This document shows positions 38,501-50,399 of a stretch of DNA of 64,000 nt, piece after piece (position 1 is the stretch's first letter; the number at the start of each line of letters is the position of its first letter). Location: NCBI RefSeq assembly GCF_032191835.1, contig NC_083233.1:51088001-51152000 (forward strand). Direction: 5' to 3'. The notes under the pieces were generated by a model that worked only from the letters and a program-made list of their open reading frames with translations, ran no database searches and was not told the DNA's origin. Source of the stretch: Heteronotia binoei. Taxonomy: Eukaryota. The translations under genes and the position numbers were made by a program.

Positions 38501-39599
38501 GGGAATGAATTGTGTCCAAGGGCTTTCTCTAAATGCTCTTATTTCTAGAAATTAGATGGATGAATATTACAGATGGTCTTTTTTGTGATGACACTTTGAC
38601 TTTAGAACCCCCCCCCCCCCCGGAGATCTGTCTCATTCTGTCATTATAATTTAAGCAGAGGGTGAAGTCTATCCTGTTCATCCAATATGTGAATAGTGAT
38701 TCACTTTTTATGGCTTTGTACTGCTGGTGAAAATAGAAAATTGCATTAGTTTATTAGAAATTTGCAAGCCACTGAGGACTTTTAAAGTAAAAGGTTGGGA
38801 CATGCTCTTTTTAAAAGTACATGTATAGAATGAGAAGTCTATCAGAAAAGTAGCTCACACAGGAAGGCAGAGATAGGCTTTTGGGTGAGAAGTGTGCCTT
38901 TAATTTTTATTCCAAAAATAATGTGTCTTGTTTATGAAAAGTTTGGGAAATGCTTACAGACAGGCAAATGGCTGCTTTTGAATGTGCAGAAAATATTTAG
39001 AGCATTTCATTCTGGAAACTATGTTCATAACCTGCATTTTGTTCTGGAAACTATGTTTGTAACCTGTTTTACAAGACCACTAGAAGTATCTGAATTGTTG
39101 CTATCCCTGAATGAGAAACAAAATCCATGTTAAAAACAGAATTGTAACTAGCCATGTGCTTGGTTGTCAATGGAGAGTAAGACCTGACTCCAGGCAATCA
39201 AATACAAAGCTGTCTCTTTATTTCTGTAAGACTAGAAGTGGCTAACATGTGTGAACAAGCTGGCTTGTTTAAGTGCTTATTTGGACTTTATTTGTGAGGC
39301 TGTTTTCCAAGAAGGTTGAATGAGTATGTTAGAGCAGAATCTATTATGTCAAGTGAACAGCATAAACAGACTTCTGTCCAGAACTACTTATTTACCAGAA
39401 ACTATTTGGTAAATGCAGGACAAAACTTAGAACATGCAAAAGAAACTACCAGCTTTGTATTTGGGCTTAGCTCACTCCACCATCTTTGAGAATAAACAGC
39501 AACTAGCTGTTGCTTGAAAAGCAAGTTCCCATGTTCACAATGTAGCAGAACTGCTGTAAACGCAGTCAGATACAAGATCTCCACTTAGAGCCGCTGATC

Positions 39600-40168
39600 T
39601 CCAGCTACTAAAAATTAAGCAGAGCCTGTTTTGGCTCCAGCAGAACAGACAGAACCACCCTCAGCACCAGAGACTGCGGAGGGCCCCATCCAGCCAACAG
39701 AATCCCCCTCGGCACCTGGACCTCGGCCAGGAACACCTGGCACAGAAACTGTGTCGCCACCAGCTCCAGTGCTCAGGCAGTTGACGCGAAAGCACTGCAA
39801 GCCCATGTACCTTAAAGACTAGGTTCACTAGGCTTGTGAACTAAGGGGGGGAGGGATGTTACGTATGTGGACTCAAGAGGAGACTTGGATATTCCCACCG
39901 GCTCATTGGAGCCAGGCAGACTGAGCTTGGGGACATGGGAACAAAGGGCTGCAGGATCCAAATCCCTGCAGCCCTAGACCAATCACAAGCCCCCACCAAT
40001 TTGAATGACCCAATGATGTGCTAGCGCAGGAACCTAGAGATGTATATAAGTTGGGCCTGCAGGCCCCATCCCCAGTCTTGTCTTGTAACCTTTACTATGT
40101 GATTCCTAATAAAGAGCTTGTTATCACTACGCTGAAACTCTGCCATGCATAGAACCCACTATATTATA
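39600..40168 (+). mobile_element. 3' end of a second Gypsy-type element: integrase tail, PPT and 3' LTR (39857-40168)
   Basis: ORF 39631..39822 ends VLRQLTRKHCKPMYLKD (LRRSxR..P.YLKDY-like). PPT AAGGGGGGGAGGGA at 39843-39856. The LTR has CCAAT boxes, TATATAA and AATAAA (40108-40113). Confidence 0.75.
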
Positions 40169-40445
40169 GCTCAGAATGCTGCCGTGGAAATAGGAAGGGC
40201 TCGTTCTTTCCTTGCAGCCATTTTCTGTACCAAAAGTGTAGGGGAGGGACAGGTTCCCTGGTTTGCTACTCCACATGTACAGAATACTGCACATCACTCA
40301 CCAGGTGCAACTTTTAAAAAAAGGAATGTCTTAAGTTAGGGTTGTAAATTCTGGGTTAGGAAATTCTGGGAGAATAGAGGGTGGAACCTGGGGAGGGTGG
40401 GATTTTAGGAGGGGAGGGACCTCAGCTGGGTACAATGCTAAAGAA

Positions 40446-40702
40446 CAGGAGTGGTCAGATTGCAACTCGAGAGCCACATGTGGCTCTTTCACACATATTG
40501 TGTGGTTCTCAAAGCCCCCACCACCCCATTGGTTGGCTTGGAGAAATCTCTAAATCCCTTCACCAAGCCAGCCAGCAGCTACTTTCTTTCCACCTCTACC
40601 TCCCCCATCTATTTGCCTTCCTTCCTTCCTGTCTTGTGGCTCTCAAACACCTGACATGTATTCTGTGTGGCTCTTATGTTAAAGCAAGTTGGGCTACCCC
40701 TG
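40446..40702. mobile_element. hAT-type MITE (6689 family) nested in a TAGGGTTGCCA-family element
   Basis: Shares body text with 6689..6950 (GCCACATGTGGCTCTTTCACACATATTGTG); termini CAGGAGTGG / CTACCCCTG. Confidence 0.75.
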
Positions 40703-41207
40703 TTTTAGAAGGAGCTCGGTGGAAATATGATGCCATAGAGTCCACCCTTCAAAGCAGCCATTTTCCCCAGGAGAAGTGATCCCTGTTGTTTGGAGATTAC
40801 TGGTAAAGTTAGCAAACCTAAGTTTGGCCCTTAGATGATCCTACAAGCATCTACAGAAACTTGAATAGCAACAGGCCATTTACACTGTAATCCTAAACCA
40901 AGTTACATTCTTTTATTGTGATGGCAGAAAGGTGGGATATAAAATTTGTAAAAATAAACATATATAGATAACTCTGTATAGGATTGCATGATAGTGTCCA
41001 AATAGCACCCTGGGGAGTAGGGGTGGCTTTATAAAAATGGTAGTGTATATGCTGTGATTCTTTGGGAATACAGAATGTGGTGCTGGCCACAGAATTCAGC
41101 TTCCTGAGAATCTAAGCTTTCATCCTAAACAAAAAATGTTTCTAGCCCACATGACTGAAAAGATATGTCACCCAGTGTGTGGGCAATATCTATGAAAATC
41201 TCTAAAG

Positions 41208-41595
41208 CAGGGGTGGCCAAACTTGCTAAATGCAAGAGCCACATAGAATACATCAGATATATGAGAACCGCAAGACAGGAAGGAGGGAAGACGACGAGAA
41301 GACTACAGATTTATACCCCGCACTTCTCCTATCTCCCAGATAAGAGTCTACACACATAACCACTACTTCAAACTGGAAGGAAAGAAAGGAGGAGGGAGAG
41401 GTGGAAAAAAACAATTTTAACTTTAAATGTATTCTCCAAGCCACTGTCTCGCTTGGATAGATAAATGATTTAAAGAGAGAAATGCCTTCTCCAACCTAGC
41501 TGACAGGGGGTGGGGGGTGGCAGGGACTTCAAGAGCCACACAATCTGTGTGAAAGAGCCACATGTGGCTCCCAAACCGCAGTTTGGCCATCGCTG
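41208..41595. mobile_element. hAT-type MITE (6689 family, opposite orientation) with perfect TSD and an internal insertion
   Basis: TSD CTCTAAAG at 41200-41207 and 41596-41603; TIR CAGGGGTGGCCAAAC / GTTTGGCCATCGCTG. Confidence 0.82.
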
Positions 41596-43435
41596 CTCTA
41601 AAGTGAGGTGTTTCCTGCAGAAAGGCTGAAATCTCATGCACATTTACCCTGAATGACAGCCCATTGAACAAAATAGTTCTTCCAAGAGAGGTGTTGCGGA
41701 TCAGGCTGCAGAACTCCCAGTGCTCTGCACAGCTCCTTGCCCCACTTAATAATTTTAAAAAATCAAAATAAACAACGCAGAATAGAATTTGTGTAATTTA
41801 TACACCATGTGGAATTTTCTCAGTGCAGAATATGGACTTTAATTCTTAAAGCATGTGCAGCTGAAAACAATTGGGACTAGCGTTTATATGACTTTCCTTT
41901 GGCCTCTGGAGAATTACAAATTGGAAGTCCAATTTTTATACAAGTAGCAACATCTCAAACTGCACCTGATGTTTGAGGTGTGGTTTTATTTGCTAGAAAC
42001 TTTTCCACTGGTGTTTGATGCAAGGAGAGGGGAATCCACATCAACTTTTTAAAAGCATCCCTTGATCAAGAATGCAATTGTTTGTTCTGAGAGTTGGTCT
42101 CACTCCTTTCCCTCTCCCTTTCTTTCCTCCCTCCCTTTCTTTAGCCTGACAGCCGTTCAGGGGTAAAGGTTTTAATTACAGCTCAGGGAGGCCTGTTTCA
42201 CCCTACAACAGAGCCCTTGATGCTGCCTGGGACAGAAAGATGGTTGTTTATACACACCTGCCTTAATAAGGTGCAGCATTTCAACTGAGAAGAATAAAGC
42301 AGTGTTTGGTTTCTCACCGTTTTCATGTGAAACTCACCATGCTGGATTCACTGTAATCTGTGACCTAAATTGCCAGGAGCCTCAGTAACAAATAGCAAGT
42401 GACTAGGAAGGATACTGAAAAGGGACAGCAAGATGGGAGGAATTTCTGCCAGCAAAGGGCTACTCAATGCACAGTTTGTGTGGACAACATTTAAACTGTG
42501 AATGGGGTGTTGGGAGCTTTGTAACACAGGTTTGTTACTCAGTTTGAAGATCTCCTAGGAGGCCCTTGGGGAAAAGAACTCTCTATTAATCTAACATACC
42601 CCAGAGGGTTGCTGTGAAACTAAAGTTCTGTACTCCTTAGAGGAAGGTAGGATTTTACCATAAGCCGGACTGTATACTTCATGTTTAAAAAAAGAAAACA
42701 TACTCAGGTTACTGGAATTCTGTGCCCAAAAAGTCAGCTTCTGCAACATGTGAACATATTTGCATGACTTTGTAATTCTTATTGCTTTACATAACTTATG
42801 TTGGTGTCAGGTGCATGTCCCTCACAAGGAATTGTTTCAGTTTTGTGGTTCAGCTTATTGATTTTCCTAATATTATTGTCATTGCTGAGGAATGGTTAAT
42901 TGTCCCAAGCATATTCATATAGCCACTATTCCACTATTTTATGTATTAATATATGCATTTATGTGTATGTATTCATGACTGCATTAATTCCTGTATAACA
43001 ATGTCAGTATCTACTAACTTTTAAATATATTTGTTTTTATGGATTTATGTAGACTAGGAGTGGCAACATGCAAGGCCATAAATGAATGCAACTTATGGGA
43101 AGCTAGGGTCTAATTTTGTCTCCCTGGGAACAGAAGATAGGTACTAACTGAAAATGTCTGCAAAACATGAATGTGACCTTGGAGAAGAGTAACATCATGG
43201 TCTGGAAACTAATTCAAAGACTTTTGAACAGGAGAGAGTTAGGCGGGAGAAAGGATGAGCCATTAACTTGTTGTAACCTATATCTGGACTGGATTTTTCA
43301 CTTACTGTCAGTCTGGCAGGACAAGTAGTTTTGTGTGCACCTGCTACAAGTGTTTGCTATATGATTCTTCATTAAAAGCTGCTTTTGCATTTACTCATGA
43401 TGAAGTCTTGTGATAGATTCTTGGCAAAACCTTCT

Positions 43436-43750
43436 AGAACAGTTAAAGTCCAGTGGCACCTTTAAGGCCAACAACATTTTCCAGGAGAAAACAGGCAAGT
43501 AAATGTGTCAGACCTGTTAATTATATCTGTCTTTTCTAAACAATGATGATCTTATTTACATTTAACTTGTTATTCTTTTTTGCATCTGTTAAAACATTTC
43601 ATTATATTGTATGCTTGCATGCCAATTCTGCCTTATATGTATGGACTGTTAAGTCTTATTCCAATCTGTCTGACAAAATGCGCATGCAAGCTCATACCCT
43701 GAATAAAACTTTGTTGGTTTTAAAGGTGCCACTGAAGTCAAACTTTGTTC
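43436..43750 (+). mobile_element. Penelope-like terminal fragment with inverted duplication (second copy)
   Basis: AGTCCAGTGGCACCTTTAAGGCCAAC ... GTTGGTTTTAAAGGTGCCACTGAAGT; decayed GCAAGCTCATACC motif. A third copy lies at ~49065-49160. Confidence 0.6.
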
Positions 43751-46700
43751 TATTGCAGACCTACACAGCTACCAACCTGGAGTTATGTTGGTTCTCTTAG
43801 TCATGTGGGAAGGAACAAAGAGCTATACTTGACACTCTGCTGCCATTACTGAATCATCACCGAGATTTCAGCAGACTCCACACTTTCGTAGTCATGAGGG
43901 CTAGAACCTTTTTTAAAAAATAAAAACTGCATGCAGTTCTGGAACTGCAAATAAATACTGATAACAAGTAAACAAAGCAACATAGCTGGATACAGGTCAA
44001 TTTCCTGTCCAAATCCATCCATCAGTCTTTTGCTTAATTGACACAACCTACTTACTCTAGAACAACCCCACTGTAGCCAGTGGTTCATCTACTGCAACCA
44101 AAAATGTTTCATTAGTAACTGCTGAATGCCTGCTTAGATATGCACAAACAGAAATGATCAAGTAGAAGGACTGAGGGAGACTCACCTCTTGTTGTGGGGA
44201 GTAGAGGGTGGCTTTCCACTCCAAAAATAGTAATGTGTCAGAGGAGAAGACCTGTTAGAGAAGAGATTAGCAGTGATGACACAGGGCAGGTCATATTTCA
44301 AGGCAAGCACCTGTAAAGCATCCCACTAAGCCCATAAGCAGCAAACCTCTAAAACCACATTCACCTTGGCAGCTCCACCCAGGCAAGGACACATCCTTCA
44401 GCTAAGGCTGCAGTGATCTCACCCTCCTGGTAACATTGGGCTATGGCTATTTGATTTGTCTGTAGTATAATTAGAGTGGCATCATGGGCTCTAGGGCCTT
44501 TAAGGAGGGGCCAATTCCAAGCTGTAAGAGATTGTTCAGAAACTAGAAGGGAACAGGCGTATACAGTGTCATCACTAGTAGGGTTGCCAAGATGGTACCT
44601 GGAGATTGCCTACTAACTATTACAACTGATCGCCAGGGAGCAGAGATCAGTTCACCTGGAGAAAAACAGCCACTCTGGAAGGTGGACTCTGTCCTATACC
44701 TCACTGAAGTCCTTCCTTTCTCCAACACCCCCCTTGGGTCCAACCCCAAAACCTCCACGTATCTTCCATCCCTGAGCTAGCAACCTAAGCACTAGGTAAG
44801 GTTGCCAAGCTCTAGGGGGCAAGTAGAGATATGCTGGAATTACAATCTATCTCCAGACCACAGAGGTCAGTTTCCTTGGAGAAAATGGCTGCTTTGAAGG
44901 TTGGGCTCTATGGCATTATACTCGGCTGAAGTCCCTCCCCTCCCCAAACCCTGCCTCTCCTCTGGAGCCACCTCCAAATTTCCAGGAATTTCCCAACCTG
45001 GAGTTGCCACTAGGGACTGGAGTATCTAAAGAGATGCTGGCCTTCTGGCCTTGCCTAGTTGACCACTTGACAGAGAAGCATTTTCTGTATGATCGTAAGG
45101 TCACTCAGGCAGAGAACATGCCTTCCATTTATAGACTGGTATGGTTGACCCATTCCACCAGCCTAACTTAGGACAGGACAGGTCGGGTGACAGAGGGACC
45201 AACTGGTCCGATCTGTACAGGGGTGCAAAATGAGCATCCAGATGGTGTCACAGATTGAAAGAATGTTTTAATTACTACAGTCTTCCTTTTGTCACTTGGG
45301 AATAATTAGGTAGGTTTACAAGATGTGAATTTTTTGAAAAGGTGGCTCGCCAGTTTGCTCAGAGGCTTCACGAAAGCAGCAGGCCAGGCACTCTTGCAGT
45401 TTCTGCTTGGCTTTGTGCCTGCAATGTAACATAAGAAAGGACATTCAGGCGTGTTTGGGAGGGAGTGAAGAACATTTGGGACATGTGACTCTCACCCATT
45501 GCTGGTGATTGGATAGCAGCAGCTGGCAGATTCCCCCCTCCTTTTTTCTTTTTTGCACAACAGCTTCTAAGTAGGAAGCTAAGGATGGAGAACTTCATTA
45601 GCAGAAGGGGGTGAATGGAAAGACAGACTGATCAGGTTAGATTCAAGATATTTCGGCACCAGAGAGACATCTTGGATCTACCTGGAGCAATCTCTCCTCC
45701 TCCTCAAAACTCACACAACAACAACATGCAACTCTGTTCATTTCAGTGGGGCTTGCATTTGAAAACTTGCTAGTAGATTGCAACTTGTGACAGGTTAAGA
45801 TCTGTCTGGCTATATTAGTTAGTACCCAGCATCTATCACCCGAAGAGGCTCCCTCTGTTTGTACTTTACATCCAGTATGCTCCCCCCCCACCATTTGTCT
45901 ACACAGCTGAAACATAACAAATTATTTTGGCACTTTCAAGACTAATTTATTGTGGCAGAAACTGGATCTCCATTGTCAGTTCTGAAGTGGGCTCTGATTA
46001 ATGAAAACATCTGCCAAGATAAATTGATTAGTTTTCAAGATGCCATAAGACTCTGTTATTTGGCTGCAGTATGGGTTGCCAACTAGCCCCGGGGTGGGGA
46101 AGTCTTGTCACTCTTCATGTATAGGATTGAGCAGGTGATGTTTTTCATAGGATGAAATAACAGCCCATTAAGCCTTAAAGGGACATCTTTCTCCAGGCGG
46201 GTTGGTAGCTGCGACCATGTTACCCCTCTGTAGCTGTCATGTGGTATGGGGGGAGCTATAATTTGCAGCTGACACATTTCCTTCTCCAGTTGCAATTTGC
46301 TTTGTAATCACTGGCTTACATCATGCCCCAAGATTTCAGTCAGTTTTGGAAAGGGTGAGAAACTGAATTATTTATTATCAATTAGAAAATCCCAGGGCTT
46401 CTGACATGGCACAGAGCTGGTATTGTCTGGTATCTGCATTTAACACTTCCTCAAATAAAAGAATGAAATTATTACTTCCAATGCTTTTATTCCAAGCTAG
46501 TTACAAGATGGCTGCTTTGCATACTTGGCAAAATTCTCCAACAACACTTCAATTTGTTAATGTTACACCTTGTGGCAGACTGAGGGGAGAGGAGGAATAA
46601 ATTTAGAACTGAGACATGGTACACTGCATCCAGAGGCCATCTAGTCCCACCTTTGAAAGCTTTTCTCCAGATTGGTTTATGTAATCCAAGTCACAGCTGG

Positions 46701-49700
46701 TAGGTATTTATTATCTGTAGTCATGGCCACTTTAGTCATGCCACAGAGTTCATGCCTGCTTTAAGTTTAAAACACTGGCCTCTATTCAACAGCATTCCAA
46801 AAACATAACAACATCTAAATTTTCTTAAGGGTAGGTGGTGATGGCTATCAGTTCTCCCCTCCCACTGCAATCCCAACAATGTTATTCCTGGGGGTTCACT
46901 GACTCACCCAAATTACAGGGGGCTCAGTGAGCAGCAGGAGGATGGGGAATTGGTAGCAACTGCCACCCCTTTAACAAAACAGCAGTACTTAAATTTTCTT
47001 AACTGTGTGGTTGGATACAATATAATGCATGATATAAAAGGGGGAAAAAGTAAGGAAGATAAATATAAGCAACCTCAGGAATCAATTTTTAGATAATTCT
47101 ATTTGAGTATCTTTGTTGGCCTGATTTTTTTTGCCTGGGTTCTACTTGATGCTTTTCTAGCAAGGCTTTCCAAGGGCATTTCCACATCCTCTACTTATTT
47201 TTGGGGGAGTCAATCCAGAAGCACTGGAATTGGTTTCAGCAGGGTTTTTCTGCATATCTGACCTTCCTCTGCATTTTCATAGTTGTGGAGTCAGTTTACT
47301 TTCTTCTACACATGCCTTAAATAATCAGGACTTTCAACAGAGAATGCTGGCATCATCAATGCTGTCACCACTGGTGTCACAGTACTTTCCGTTTATTTTT
47401 TGTGCATGCTTATATAGATGTATTGGTATCTTGGCTGCATCTTTTAAAATGTACTAAAATACTGATGTACTGCTGTACTAATAGGTCAAGCAGGTTCTCT
47501 GAATTCAGTTTTAATTTTTTTCAAAAGTAAGTCTCTTATCCTGCCCCTTGCAGCAATATACTTGTTCCTTATATCTCTGAAGGGAGAAGACTAGAGACTT
47601 TTCTTAATTGAAAACCTGATATATAATTACAGCAGTATATTGATATTTTAGGGTTATATTTTTTAAAAATGAAACCGGGGGGGGGGGAGAGGGAGTGGTT
47701 TGATGATGACAACAGTCCAATCATTGAAAAGTGGGCTGGAGGTAGGGTTGCCAGCTCCAGGAAATTTGGGTGGTGGAGCCTGGGGAGCACAGGGACCTCA
47801 GTGGGCTTCAATGCCATACAGTCCACCTTCCAAAGCATCCATTTTATCCAGGGGAACTGACATCTGTATCCTGGAGATGAGCTGTAATACCAGAGGATCT
47901 CCAGGTCCCACCTGGAGGCTGGCATCCCTAGCTGGAGGTATGTGGGAGTGGACAGGACAAAGAAAACTAACTGAAACATTATGCCCTTGGGGAAAATGTC
48001 TCAAAATCAACCTCCAGGGTAAAAGGTCTCAAAAGAAACAGAAAAAAACTTCACTGGGAACCTCCCCCCCCCCACAAGTGACACAAAAATGCATTCAGAA
48101 ATTGGGATAAACCAAATCAGTTTGGGGTCAGATGCAATGTCCCCCCCCCCCAAAAAAAGTGAAAAAGCCCCAACTCTCTCTGGAGAAGGTTAATTCTTCC
48201 ACGCATTTTCCTTTTCTCAGGAGGAATCTATAAAAATTCTCCCCAGTTCTAATCTCCCTTCACTGGCAGAAAAGCTTATGCACATACAGTTGCCAACTCC
48301 AGATTGGGAAATTCCTGGAGATTTGAGGGTGGGGTGTGGAGAAGGGAACCTCAGTGGGATATAATGTTATGGAGTCCATCCCACAAAGCACCCGTTTTCT
48401 CCAGGGAAATACATATCTGTAGTCTGGAGAGTGATTCTAGAACTAGGTCCCACCTGAAGACTGGTAACCTTAGATAGGGAGAGAAGAGAGTGGGCAAAGG
48501 GACTAACAGCTGCACTTTCACATGTGCTATATAATGCATTCAATACACTTCAGTGACTGTTTGCAAGCGGATTTTGCCATTTCACACAGTAAAACTGTTG
48601 CAAAGTGCATTGAAAGTGCATTATTTAGTGTGTGAAAGTGCTGTAATAGCAGCCCCAACACTTTGAGGCTGAATACAGACAATAGTGGTTAAAAGAGTTC
48701 AAAGAGGCTTGAGAGAGGCTTTTTTTTCTGCCTCATTATGTCCTCTGGCCAAACAGGTTTTTAAAAAACCCTTCTAGAGGTGGTCAGCATGTACACATCC
48801 AGAGCAGCGTGTTTTCTTTTCAAATTCTCAGGAGAATTCCCAGCTGCTATGGGGAAATGCAATCCTACCTAAGGGTCAGGCTTCTCTCTCTCTCTCTCTC
48901 TGCATTGTTTTCCCCTGTAATTAAATCCTAGCATATTGTGACCTATACACTTATCTTGTTATTGTTATTTTGTCTTTCCATATGTCAAAACATCTTCATT
49001 ACATTGTATGCTAATTTGCTGTTCATCTGCATCTGCCTATCTATATGAACTGTTAACTTCCCTTTCACTGTATTTGAGAAAGTTTGCGTGCACACAAAAG
49101 CTCATACCTTGAATAAAATAAACCTTTGTTGATCTTAAAGGTGCCATTGGACTCAAATTTGTTTTCTGGACTATCATTAAGGGTGCCCTGAACCCAGTGC
49201 TGGAGGAGGTCATCTCACTTTGCAAGGTTGCATTTGACTGCCATCTTTTGCTAAGATGATTTTTCTTGCTAGGCCGTTCCTCCTGCCTCAAGTAGGGTTG
49301 CCAGCTCTGGTCTAGATATTTCCTGAAGACCTGGGGATACAGCCTGTGGAGGTCAGGCTTTGGGGAGGGGAAGACATTTGTCAGGGATGTGATGCCATCG
49401 AGTCCACCCTCCAAAGCTCCAGGGAGACTGTTTTCTCTAGTTGGGAGATCAGTTGTAATTCCAGAACTCTAGGCCTCAAGTGGAGTTTGACACTCTTAGC
49501 CTTCAGTCCCACAGTTGATATATTTTATCCCTATTGGAGTTCAGCAGTCTCTCTTTTCTGTTAGCAGCTGCTCTTGGGCAAATTATCTTTCTTGTAATAG
49601 GGTCAGCAAGTAGGGGGAGAATGCTGCTCCTTTATCTGGTCCAGGGAAACTGAAATTCTTTGGGGCCCAACACTGGAGGCCTGGTTGGGCACAGATGGGA

Positions 49701-50399
49701 CTTAGGGGAGGGTTTCTCCCCCCCCCCCCAGAAGGTGACAAAAGAAGAAAAAGGGCAGAGCCTTATATTTAATTGTGGGGGGGGGGAGTAACCCGCCAAC
49801 CCAACTCTGTGCAAGTAGCCTCCCAAGGGCCTCTGTTGTCATCAGCTCCACAAAGCACTGTGATAAATGAAAGGAACTGAGTAGGGGAAAAAGGGTCTCT
49901 TTCTCTTTTGGGTCTCTTTCCCAGCTCCTGTTTGCTCGGCTGTCTCACCCGCTCCCATTGATCAGGCATGCGGAAACATTCCGCCTCCTGGGCGCTCATT
50001 GTCGCCACCCGGTTGCCAGGCTGCGGCTGGCTTGAATAACTCTGCTAAGCCCGGCTTCTCCAAACCCTGCCATCCGGTGCTCTGGATGGGGGGGGGGGGG
50101 GGCAGACAGAGCCTGCCTGCCCTTTCACCCATCCCCCTCCCTCTCTCTGTCTTTGAGGCAGAGGTGGTGGGACACCTGGGAAGTCCACAGGTCCCACTGG
50201 AATTATGGCAGAGGAGGAGGGAGCCAGTGAAAGTGGATTACATCATGTTTCCCCAGAACCCCTGCCAGACTAGTTCACCAATACACTTGAGGCGTGGTTC
50301 ATGCACAGAGTTAACTGTGAAGTGACTACACGAAGTAATGACTTGCTTGTGTGAAGATGCCATTATGCTCCTGGCGCTTGAACTCAGTCAAAGCCAACT

